A stretch of DNA of 42,625 bases from Candidatus Saccharibacteria bacterium UBA5152. Lineage in GTDB: Bacteria; Patescibacteriota; Saccharimonadia; Saccharimonadales; UBA4665. Positions 35,021 through 42,625 of the stretch are shown here, piece after piece. The translations under genes and the position numbers were made by a program. Under the pieces are notes generated by a model. It made no database searches. It worked only from the letters and a program-made list of their open reading frames with translations, and was not told the origin of the DNA. The stretch lies in assembly GCA_002413755.1 (NCBI GenBank), contig DHXQ01000045.1, positions 1,814 to 44,438 of the forward strand, written 5' to 3'. How positions within the stretch are numbered: position 1 is the first letter of the stretch; every line of letters begins with the position of its first letter.

Positions 35021-36268
35021 ATGACATTGTCCGAAGAACTGACCTGGCGCGGCTTTTTAAACCAGACCACCCTGAATGACATCACCGAATTAGACAAGGG
35101 TCCCAAGACTTTTTATCACGGCTTTGACGCCTCGGCCGACTCCCAGACCGTTGGTAACCTAGCGGCTCTGATGTTCGACAAGACTTTCCTGCGGCATGGC
35201 TACAAGGCGGTAATGCTGGCCGGTGGTGCCACCAGCCTGATCGGTGATCCGGGTGGCAAGGATAAGGAGCGCCCACTGCAGAGCGAAGACACGATCGCCC
35301 ACAACGTCGCCAGTGCCGAAGCCCAACTGCGGCATATCCTGCGCGGCCACGAATTCGAGATGGTCAATAACCTTGACTGGACCCGGGATATGCGGGTACT
35401 ACCGTTCCTGCGTGACATCGGTAAATACTTCAGCATGACACCACTGGTGCAGCGCGATTACATCGCTACCCGGCTGGGTGAAGGCGGTGGTGGCATTAGC
35501 TACACCGAATTTAGCTACACCATCCTGCAGGGCTATGACTATCTGCATCTGTTTGATACCAAGGGCGTGACTTTGCAACTTGGTGGTTCCGACCAGTGGG
35601 GCAACTGCCTATCTGGAGTTGAACTGATTCGCCGAGCCCGCGGCGCCGAAGTTGACGTCATCACGCTTAATTTGATTATTAATAAAGCTACCGGCAAAAA
35701 GTTTGGCAAAAGCGAAGAGGGCGCCATCTGGCTCGACGCTGCTAAGACTTCACCTACCCAGTTCTACCAGTTCTGGATCAACGCTGACGACGAGGGTGTC
35801 GAGGGCTACCTCAAGGTATTTACCGAGCTCGACAAAGACGCCATCGACCAAATAATGGCCGCCCACGTTACTGACCGAGCGGCGCGCCATGCCCAAACTG
35901 AACTGGCTCGCCAGGTCACCACACTGGTGCACGGCGAAGACCAGATGCAGCAGGCCGAAGTCGTCACTCAGTTCTTGACTGGTGCTAAACCTATCCAAGA
36001 GGCCGATGAGGCAGTCTTGGTAGTCATTCGCCAGGAGTTACCAGTTGCCAAAGCAACTGCAACCGGCTCAATCCTGCAGGCGCTGGTTGACAGTGGACTG
36101 ATTGATTCGATATCCGAGGCCAGGCGACTGCTGCAGGGTAATGCACTGTCGATTGACGGCGTGAAAACCGACCGTGAAAACTTTGAAGCATCAGATTTTC
36201 ACGCTGGCAGGTTGCTCTTAAAGAAGGGTAAAAAGTTTAAAGATTCAATCTTGGTTGAGCTAGGCTAG
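35021..36268 (+). CDS. tyrS: Tyrosyl-tRNA synthetase
   Basis: 415 aa, collinear with bacterial TyrRS. Matching segments include GFDASADS, GGATSLIGDPGGK, GGSDQWGN, the KFGKS (KMSKS) motif, and a C-terminal S4-like domain. The HIGH position reads TVGN. Confidence 0.92.
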   Translation: MTLSEELTWRGFLNQTTLNDITELDKGPKTFYHGFDASADSQTVGNLAALMFDKTFLRHGYKAVMLAGGATSLIGDPGGKDKERPLQSEDTIAHNVASAEAQLRHILRGHEFEMVNNLDWTRDMRVLPFLRDIGKYFSMTPLVQRDYIATRLGEGGGGISYTEFSYTILQGYDYLHLFDTKGVTLQLGGSDQWGNCLSGVELIRRARGAEVDVITLNLIINKATGKKFGKSEEGAIWLDAAKTSPTQFYQFWINADDEGVEGYLKVFTELDKDAIDQIMAAHVTDRAARHAQTELARQVTTLVHGEDQMQQAEVVTQFLTGAKPIQEADEAVLVVIRQELPVAKATATGSILQALVDSGLIDSISEARRLLQGNALSIDGVKTDRENFEASDFHAGRLLLKKGKKFKDSILVELG

Positions 36269-36270
36269 AT

Positions 36271-37041
36271 ATGAATACAAAAGCAATCCGCCCCAAGGCT
36301 GATGTCTACAATGATCCGTCACACAATTATTTACACTACTGGGACGGGCGCGGTTATGAACATGCCGCCGAGGAAATGGCCATCAAGCGCCTACTGGATG
36401 GTAAAAAATTCAGAAATGCCGTAGATGTCGGCGGCGGGTATGGCCGGTTGTGTGTGCTACTCGAGAAATATGCTACCAAAGTGACACTGGCCGAGCCGAG
36501 CCAGCAACAACTCGAGATTGCCAAAGATTATCTCAAAGAACACCCGGAAATTGAACGTAAGCTGCTTCAGGCCGACGACCTCAAATTTGCAGACGGAACA
36601 ATCGATCTGGTAACGATGATCCGCGTCATGCATCAGTTACCGGATCCAGCGCCCGAGTTTCAGGAGATTTCCCGCGTACTGTCTGACGATGGTTATATCG
36701 TGCTGGAGGTTGCCAATTATCTGCATGCCCGCAACCGTGTCAAATATATGCTACACCGCCGTAAACTGCCCACCAAGCCAGTCGACATCGGCACTGCAGC
36801 TTCCAAGCCTGCCAAAGAAGTCGCTTTCGTGAATCACAACCCGAAGACCGTTATCAAACAATTGGCCCATGCCGGTCTCAAAGTGGAACGTATCCTATCG
36901 GTTTCCAACCTGCGCAGCCCAGGCCTCAAGAAAGTCATGCCGCGTCGGGTGATGTTGGCCATCGAGGGGATATTGCAGCCAACCCTTGCCCACAGCTATT
37001 TTGGTCCCAGCGTATTCTTTCTCGTACGCAAAGCCAATTAG
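36271..37041 (+). CDS. Class I SAM-dependent methyltransferase
   Basis: 256 aa. Motif I is VDVGGGYGRL and the post-I/II region is DLVTMIRVMHQLPDP. It starts 2 nt after the tyrS stop. Confidence 0.75.
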   Translation: MNTKAIRPKADVYNDPSHNYLHYWDGRGYEHAAEEMAIKRLLDGKKFRNAVDVGGGYGRLCVLLEKYATKVTLAEPSQQQLEIAKDYLKEHPEIERKLLQADDLKFADGTIDLVTMIRVMHQLPDPAPEFQEISRVLSDDGYIVLEVANYLHARNRVKYMLHRRKLPTKPVDIGTAASKPAKEVAFVNHNPKTVIKQLAHAGLKVERILSVSNLRSPGLKKVMPRRVMLAIEGILQPTLAHSYFGPSVFFLVRKAN

Positions 37042-37077
37042 CAACACTCTGCACCTTCCCGAGAAGTAATTACAACA

Positions 37078-39168
37078 GTGAAGAGTTGTATGATTAGTAG
37101 GATGACACTGGATACGCGTTTGACGGGGTTGAAGGGGATCGGGCCAGCAGTAGCGGCCAAGTTTGCTGTGCTTGGACTACGGACGGTTGCCGACCTGATT
37201 GATAATTATCCACGGCGCTATGACGACTATTCGCAGTTGTCGAGTATCTCCAAGCTGAAGCCAGGTAGCGTGACTATCCGGGCTATCATTACCAATGCCA
37301 AAGGCTCGTACGCGCGGCGCGGTATGCATATCACCAATGCGGTGGCTGAAGATGATTCGGGGAGTGTGCGCTTGATTTGGTTTAACCAACCGTACCGCGC
37401 CGCCGCCATCAAGCCGGACCAGGAATATTACATCTCTGGCAACTTCGAGCTCAGCCACCAGCGGCTGAGTATTATGAATCCGACTGTCGAGCTAGTCAGC
37501 GATTTTCCGGTTAATACTGCCCGGATTGTGCCAATTTACCGCGAGACCAAGGGGCTGACCTCGCGTCAGATTCGGGCTGCGCTCGAGCAAGCGATGCCTG
37601 CCATCCGGGCGTTGCCTGATACATTACCGGTATGGCTCATCAAAAAGCAGAAGTTGATGAGCCGGGCGGAGGCTTTGGAGATGATGCACTTTCCGCGTGA
37701 CGGCGCAGCGCTGGAACGCGCTCGCGACCGGCTCGGATTTGAAGAGGTCTTCGTCCTGACGCTAGCCGCCCTGCGTAATAAGTACGAAATGCAGCTCGAG
37801 CAGGCGCCGGCGGTGCCGTTTCTGGAGTCGGTGGCTCGAGAGTTTGTGAGTCATTTACCATTCAAGTTGACCGACGCCCAGCGGGCGACGACCTGGCAGA
37901 TCTTCCAGGATATCGGCAAGCCGCAGCCGATGAACCGACTGGTCGAAGGCGATGTCGGCTCAGGTAAGACAGTTGTGGCAGCCATGGCCGCGGTCATGGT
38001 ACTCCATCATAACCATCAGGTAGCCTTGATGGCGCCGACCGAGCTGTTGGCCCGGCAGCACGCCGAAACTATTCAGCGCTTGCTGACACCCCTGGGATAC
38101 GGTGACAAGATCGGATTGCTGGTCGGCGGCATGAAGACCGCCCAAAAGCAGGCCGCCCGCGACCACATCGCCAGTGGTGATATTCGGTTTATTGTCGGGA
38201 CGCACGCTCTGATCCAGGATAGCGTCGATATGACCAGGCTGGAGTTGGTGATTATAGATGAGCAGCACCGCTTCGGTGTTGGGCAGCGCGGAGCCTTGCA
38301 GTCCAAGGCCGGGCACATGCCGCACGTTCTCAGTCTGACTGCTACGCCGATCCCGCGCTCGCTTGCCCTGACATTGTACGGTGAGCTGGACATCTCTATC
38401 CTGGGTGACAAGCCGGCCGGCCGCAGCGAAATTATAACCAAAATTGTATCGCCGAATTCGCGGGCCCAGCTATATACCGAAGTCGAAGCCGAGCTGGCGG
38501 CCGGCCGCCAAATGTTCGTCGTCTGCCCGTTGATCAGTGAATCCGCGCTGGCCTTCGCCAAAGATATGCCAGGACTCAAAACTCAGCCGGTATCAGCTGA
38601 GGAAATGTACGAGCGCCTCAGCAAAAAAGATTTTAAACACCGCCGGGTCGGTCTATTGCACGGCAAAATGAAGCCCGCCGACAAAAACGACATTATGCAG
38701 CAGTTCGTGGAGCGTAAGCTCGATATACTGGTCTCGACAACCGTTATCGAGGTCGGCGTTGATGTACCGAACGCCAGTATCATGCTTATCGAAGGCGCCG
38801 AACGGTTCGGTCTGGCGCAGATCCACCAGCTACGCGGTCGGGTGGGGCGGGGTGTCGACCAGGGTTATTGCTATCTGATGACCACCGAATCAATCGCGCC
38901 AAGTCGTCGGCTGCGGGCCCTCGAGCGCTCGACAGATGGCTTCAAATTAGCCGAACTTGACCTGGAGCTGCGCGGCCCGGGCGCCATTTACGGCACCCTG
39001 CAGCACGGCGATCTGGATCTGCGGGTGGCCTCGCTGACGGATAGCATTTTGATCGCCAAAGCCCGAGCCGCCGCCCAGGAATTTATTGATCGCGACGAAG
39101 ATTTGTTACAATATAAGCATCTCAAGACACAAGTCCAGCACCTGAGTGCTGTAACAAACTTGAATTAG
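37078..39168 (+). CDS. recG: ATP-dependent DNA helicase RecG
   Basis: It has a wedge domain followed by SF2 helicase motifs (GDVGSGKT, DEQHRFG, TATPIPR, QLRGRVGRG). The start is ambiguous: GTG 37078, ATG 37090 or ATG 37102. The conserved LTGLKGIG begins just after 37102. Confidence 0.9.
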   Translation: MKSCMISRMTLDTRLTGLKGIGPAVAAKFAVLGLRTVADLIDNYPRRYDDYSQLSSISKLKPGSVTIRAIITNAKGSYARRGMHITNAVAEDDSGSVRLIWFNQPYRAAAIKPDQEYYISGNFELSHQRLSIMNPTVELVSDFPVNTARIVPIYRETKGLTSRQIRAALEQAMPAIRALPDTLPVWLIKKQKLMSRAEALEMMHFPRDGAALERARDRLGFEEVFVLTLAALRNKYEMQLEQAPAVPFLESVAREFVSHLPFKLTDAQRATTWQIFQDIGKPQPMNRLVEGDVGSGKTVVAAMAAVMVLHHNHQVALMAPTELLARQHAETIQRLLTPLGYGDKIGLLVGGMKTAQKQAARDHIASGDIRFIVGTHALIQDSVDMTRLELVIIDEQHRFGVGQRGALQSKAGHMPHVLSLTATPIPRSLALTLYGELDISILGDKPAGRSEIITKIVSPNSRAQLYTEVEAELAAGRQMFVVCPLISESALAFAKDMPGLKTQPVSAEEMYERLSKKDFKHRRVGLLHGKMKPADKNDIMQQFVERKLDILVSTTVIEVGVDVPNASIMLIEGAERFGLAQIHQLRGRVGRGVDQGYCYLMTTESIAPSRRLRALERSTDGFKLAELDLELRGPGAIYGTLQHGDLDLRVASLTDSILIAKARAAAQEFIDRDEDLLQYKHLKTQVQHLSAVTNLN

Positions 39169-39181
39169 ACAAAACTCATAT

Positions 39182-39982
39182 ATGTATTCGGTATTCTTTC
39201 ATGCACATCAGAAGCTCGATCGAGTGGCCTATCGCCATTTGGATAGCTTGATTGAAGACGACGTCTTTTTCCCAAGTCTGAAGCGGATTATTTACTTCGA
39301 AGGCCAGCGCGGTCCAGACTCAACCAACCTCAAAAACAACATTAATGTTGAGCAGCCTTGGCATTTTATTAATCCGTTTGATACCAACGATACCGAAATA
39401 TTCAAACTGATTGAGGGGCATTACGAACGTTTGGTGGCCGCGCTGAAGAATAAGGAGAGCATGAATGCTGCCTACGAAGCCTCGTGGTTGGCTCACGCCC
39501 TGGTTGATGGCCTCACTCCGGCCCACCATTACCCCTACGAACACGAGATGGAAGCCCTGCGGGGCGGCGAAACCCGTCATAGCCGCAAAGGACTGGTGGG
39601 CTGGATGATTGTGCATGGTGACACGCGGCGCGACACGCTGAAGCGTAGTCTGCAGCTAGTCGGTCCGAAGGGACTACTAACCACCCACACTCTGTTTGAA
39701 GGCGGTTCGTTCAGTATTATCGCGCCGCTGCGACTGAATGATGCCAAACCTTCGCGCGATGACCTAATAACTATCCGACAGATTGGTATCACGGAGTTTT
39801 TCCTGCGCTACGCCCGTGAAATCGCCAGCCACGACCTGTATCGTCGTTATTATCAAAAAGGTTGGACGCCGCAGCTGGCCCGCGATGTCCGCCGCGAGAT
39901 GGCGCCACGGATGGTCCAAATTGTCACCTTAGCCTGGTATTCTGCGCTGTGTGATGCCAATTTAATTTCCGAGCCGGTATAA
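39182..39982 (+). CDS. Hypothetical protein, possibly zinc-dependent phospholipase C / P1-nuclease-like fold
   Basis: 266 aa. WLAHALVDGLTPAHH resembles the H-x3-D-x3-P-x-H metal-binding helix of the Zn-dependent PLC superfamily. This assignment is tentative. Its stop overlaps the rsmD ATG (TAATG). Confidence 0.45.
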   Translation: MYSVFFHAHQKLDRVAYRHLDSLIEDDVFFPSLKRIIYFEGQRGPDSTNLKNNINVEQPWHFINPFDTNDTEIFKLIEGHYERLVAALKNKESMNAAYEASWLAHALVDGLTPAHHYPYEHEMEALRGGETRHSRKGLVGWMIVHGDTRRDTLKRSLQLVGPKGLLTTHTLFEGGSFSIIAPLRLNDAKPSRDDLITIRQIGITEFFLRYAREIASHDLYRRYYQKGWTPQLARDVRREMAPRMVQIVTLAWYSALCDANLISEPV

Positions 39983-40515
39983 TGCGGGTGATTGCCGGCA
40001 GTCTGGGCGGTCGAGTCTTTGACGCACCGGGCGGCCACCGTACCCATCCGATGGGTGACAAGATCCGTGGCGCTCTATTCAACATTCTCGGCGATATCGA
40101 CGGCCTGACCGTGCTCGATGCCTTTGCTGGCAGTGGAGCCCTCAGTATCGAGGCTATCAGCCGCGGCGCCCAGAGCGTGCTGGCGATTGACGTCGACAAA
40201 GAAGCCTACAAAACAGTGCTGGCTAATGTCGCATCGCTGGATCTCAAAGACCGGATCACAGTGATGCGTAAGAACGTTGGTGGCTGGTCGCGCAATAATC
40301 AGGATCAGACCTTTGATATCGTCCTGGCCGACCCGCCGTACAACGACATCCGACCAGTCATGCTCCAGAAACTGATGCAGCAGGTTAAGCTAGACGGCTT
40401 GTTTGTATTATCATGGCCGGGCAGTGAACCGGTGCGTAACTTCGAGGGGGTCAGCGTCCTGACTGCCAAATCCTACGGCGATGCGCAGTTAGTTTTTTAT
40501 CGGAAGAATGGGTAG
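39982..40515 (+). CDS. rsmD: 16S rRNA (guanine966-N2)-methyltransferase RsmD family
   Basis: 177 aa. RVIAGSLGGR, LDAFAGSGALSIEAISRGA and the DPPY motif are present. Confidence 0.85.
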   Translation: MRVIAGSLGGRVFDAPGGHRTHPMGDKIRGALFNILGDIDGLTVLDAFAGSGALSIEAISRGAQSVLAIDVDKEAYKTVLANVASLDLKDRITVMRKNVGGWSRNNQDQTFDIVLADPPYNDIRPVMLQKLMQQVKLDGLFVLSWPGSEPVRNFEGVSVLTAKSYGDAQLVFYRKNG

Positions 40516-40536
40516 GCAGAATGTATAATATGCCGA

Positions 40537-41121
40537 ATGCATTTGCTAACCAATCCTAACACCGCTCTGAAGCCGCCTGCGGTTCTGATTATCGGACCTC
40601 CAGGCTCCGGTAAATCTGATCTAGCCCGTTATCTCGTTGATCTGACTGGCTGGCAACTCTATAACCGAGCGCAGATCAGCCGACAGTTTATGTTTGATAA
40701 TAGTATTGACGCTATCAAAAGTGAAGTCCACTGGAAGGAGTACAACGCACGACTTGTCGGTGAACGCCGCCGGCTATTGGCAACTGGGCTACCCCTGATA
40801 TTTAACGGCCAAGGCTATACCAATTGGTCAAAGACACGAGCTGATATTGTCGCTGCCAAACACGTTCCATTTATAATTAGCCTCAACCTCTTGCCTGCAT
40901 ATGTCGAAACGTTGGCAACCGCCAGCAACGAAACACCTGAAGATATCGAGACGGGTTACCTTGCCTATAAACGCTTCTCTAATACCCCGCGTAATCACCG
41001 AGACGTATACGTCGAAATCAATGAAGGCAACGACCACGACAGATTACGAATCGCGGCCGAAGGGCTTCAAGCCTACATTGAAGCCTACCCAAAGGTAGAA
41101 AATACGCCCGATGTCGAGTAG
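40537..41121 (+). CDS. P-loop NTPase / kinase-like protein
   Basis: 194 aa with Walker A IIGPPGSGKS near the N-terminus. Its size and layout resemble small nucleotide/sugar kinases (AAA_33-like). TATAAT (40524-40529) lies 7 nt upstream of the ATG. Confidence 0.6.
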   Translation: MHLLTNPNTALKPPAVLIIGPPGSGKSDLARYLVDLTGWQLYNRAQISRQFMFDNSIDAIKSEVHWKEYNARLVGERRRLLATGLPLIFNGQGYTNWSKTRADIVAAKHVPFIISLNLLPAYVETLATASNETPEDIETGYLAYKRFSNTPRNHRDVYVEINEGNDHDRLRIAAEGLQAYIEAYPKVENTPDVE

Positions 41122-41133
41122 AATAACAGTGAC

Positions 41134-41218
41134 GGGGATGTGGTGAAATTGGTATACACGCGTGTTTTAGGAGCACGTGCCTTACGGCGTGGAGGTTCAA
41201 GTCCTCTCATCCCCACCA
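41134..41218 (+). tRNA. tRNA-Leu (anticodon UAG), type II with long variable arm, CCA encoded
   Basis: Manual fold: acceptor GGGGATG/CATCCCC; 3-bp D-stem GTG/CAC with GG in the loop; anticodon stem CGTGT/GCACG; loop TT-TAG-GA; variable arm GCC-TTAC-GGC; T-arm GGAGG-TTCAAGT-CCTCT; discriminator A followed by CCA. Confidence 0.85.
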
Positions 41219-41242
41219 TTCAAATAATTCCAAGAGGTGATT

Positions 41243-41623
41243 ATGGCAGAATCCGCTGTTGAGGTTATGATTCCTTTCCGAATTAGAGGCGACATGCCGA
41301 GGGATAGGATTGCCCGCATGTTTATAATTGGTACTCTGGCGTCCGGATGGCAGCCGCATAGAGACGAGGTGGCTGCAATAACACAACGCGCCCTCAAATT
41401 TGCAGACACCGAAATCATTGCCGCCGAAGAGCAGCTAGCGGCAGATGGGATTATTGGGCAATCTGCGGCAGGGGATTTAGAATTCATCGGGTTACAGTAC
41501 CCTCTAGAAAAAACGTCGGATCATATATCGAATCTAGCCCAAGCCGCTGATGAATTGAACATCGCTTACACAAAATTTATTGAGGAAACCGACTGGCTCG
41601 CTCTATACAGTGGAATCTGGTAG
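41243..41623 (+). CDS. Hypothetical protein
   Basis: 126 aa from the ATG at 41243 (AAGAGG Shine-Dalgarno 5-6 nt upstream). The ORF-track GTG at 41237 is less likely. No recognisable motif. Confidence 0.45.
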   Translation: MAESAVEVMIPFRIRGDMPRDRIARMFIIGTLASGWQPHRDEVAAITQRALKFADTEIIAAEEQLAADGIIGQSAAGDLEFIGLQYPLEKTSDHISNLAQAADELNIAYTKFIEETDWLALYSGIW

Positions 41624-41690
41624 TCCCGACACTGCGTATACGAAATATGGTTAAAGATGTTAAAATAATAGATAACATCTAGGAAAATAT

Positions 41691-42625
41691 ATGGCTTTAT
41701 CTACCCAACCCTACAAAGGCGCTCGCGACTTCTATCCAGAGGACAAGCGCAAACAAAAATTCATGTTTGATACTATCCGCCGCACGGTGGAGAAATTCGG
41801 TTACGAAGAATACGATGCGCCGATTTTGGAGCCGCTGGAGCTGTATCTGGCCAAAACTGGTGAAGAAATTGTCAACGAACAGACCTATAGCTTTACTGAC
41901 CGCGGTGGCCGCGAAGTTGTTATTCGTCCGGAGATGACCCCGACTGTCAGCCGGATGGTAGCAGCCAAGCGCCAGGAACTGGCCTACCCGCTGCGCTGGT
42001 ACAGTATTCCCAACTTGTGGCGCTACGAGCGCCCTCAGCGCGGGCGGCTGCGCGAGCACTGGCAACTGAATGTCGACGTCTTCGGCATTAGCGGGATTGA
42101 GGCTGAGCACGAGATCATTTTGGTGGCCGATAACATCCTTCGGGCCTTTAAGGCTAAGCGGGCAATGTACACCATCAAACTCAATAGCCGACAGTTTAGC
42201 GATCATGTCCTCAAGTCGTACATTGGACTCGATGACGCCCAGGCTTACAGCATGATCAAACTAATTGACCGGATGCACAAGCTGGATCACGCTGACTTTA
42301 TAGTTCAGGCTGACGCCCTCTGTACTCAGGCGCAGCGTGAAAAGGGCGCCGTCGAACAACTTCTGACCGTCCTCCAAGCCAACCGTTTTACAGCGTTACC
42401 GATGCAGTTGCAGGGACACCCCTCGGTTGAATCACTCAAGCGGATGATAGATGTTCTGACAGAGGCCGGTATTACCAATGTTGAATTTGACCCGACACTG
42501 ATGCGCGGTTTTGACTACTACACCGATATTGTGTTTGAAGTCTTTGATACACACCCGGACAATAACCGTTCAATGCTCGGTGGCGGCCGCTATGATGGCC
42601 TGGTTGGCCTGTTTGGCGTCGAGCC
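41691..42625 (+). CDS. hisS: Histidyl-tRNA synthetase, N-terminal part (runs off the window)
   Basis: Read directly from the sequence: MALSTQPYKGARDFYPEDKRKQKFMFDTIRRTVEKFGYEEYDAPILEPLELY...VIRPEMTPTVSRM...RWYSIPNLWRYERPQRGRLREHWQLNVDVFG, which covers class II motifs 1 and 2. There is no stop before nt 42625, which is why it is absent from the ORF track. Confidence 0.9.
   Translation, partial: MALSTQPYKGARDFYPEDKRKQKFMFDTIRRTVEKFGYEEYDAPILEPLELYLAKTGEEIVNEQTYSFTDRGGREVVIRPEMTPTVSRMVAAKRQELAYPLRWYSIPNLWRYERPQRGRLREHWQLNVDVFGISGIEAEHEIILVADNILRAFKAKRAMYTIKLNSRQFSDHVLKSYIGLDDAQAYSMIKLIDRMHKLDHADFIVQADALCTQAQREKGAVEQLLTVLQANRFTALPMQLQGHPSVESLKRMIDVLTEAGITNVEFDPTLMRGFDYYTDIVFEVFDTHPDNNRSMLGGGRYDGLVGLFGVE

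Noticed and set aside
41655-41680. AT-rich hairpin AGATGTTA-N10-TAACATCT after the 126-aa ORF as a terminator
   Set aside because: It is a weak 8-bp A/T-rich stem with a large loop and no U-tract. It is too weak to call.
41697-42206. 169-aa minus-strand ORF from the ORF track
   Set aside because: It lies antisense to a plus-strand reading frame that encodes an unmistakable histidyl-tRNA synthetase N-terminus starting at 41691. It is a shadow ORF.
1-42625. Search for CRISPR arrays, transposases/IS ends, integrases, rRNA, toxin-antitoxin pairs or recoded stop codons
   Set aside because: I found no regularly spaced direct repeats and no DDE, tyrosine or serine recombinase signatures. I saw no paired small ORFs with TA-like features. 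TGA clearly functions as a stop codon (gatA and the nested ORF).

Overview
This is a compact chromosomal window that is almost entirely coding, with about 33 CDS and 1 tRNA, mostly housekeeping genes. In order: uvrB 3-prime end; a co-oriented pair on the minus strand (a giant modular surface protein and an HExxH protein); gatC-gatA-[small membrane ORF]-gatB; galU; a DUF948-like/YtxH-like pair; dnaE; a hypothetical; a membrane-flanked CAP/SCP protein; a SpoU/TrmH methyltransferase; an orphan PilB/GspE-type ATPase; rplS; rnhB; yraN; a DUF1345-like membrane protein; an M1 aminopeptidase; a hypothetical; nusA; clpC-[HExxH/coiled-coil ORF]-radA; a class A PBP; tyrS; a SAM methyltransferase; recG; a PLC-like ORF; rsmD; a P-loop NTPase; tRNA-Leu(UAG); a hypothetical; and the hisS 5-prime part, which runs off the window and is absent from the ORF track. 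TGA is used as a stop codon, so the standard code applies. I found no transposase, integrase, CRISPR array, rRNA or obvious prophage. Three things fit a reduced-genome, Gram-positive-like lineage such as Patescibacteria/CPR (Saccharibacteria-like): the gene content, the 1-4 nt gene overlaps, and the lack of biosynthetic operons. This placement is inference only. The observations most worth a second look are: (1) the 1439-aa metallophosphoesterase + 8x FN3 + 2x CBM-like surface protein, with internal perfect DNA repeats and an HExxH neighbour; (2) a membrane ORF with an R-x4-H motif joined to gatA and gatB by ATGA overlaps on both sides; (3) a CIRCE-like inverted repeat overlapping a sigma-70-type promoter upstream of clpC; (4) a consensus promoter followed at once by an intrinsic terminator in the nusA leader; (5) a window-wide pattern of -10 boxes placed 6-8 nt from the ATG, suggesting leaderless genes; and (6) a TyrRS whose HIGH signature reads TVGN. 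I did not identify a clear multi-gene defence-type or mobile system in this window.
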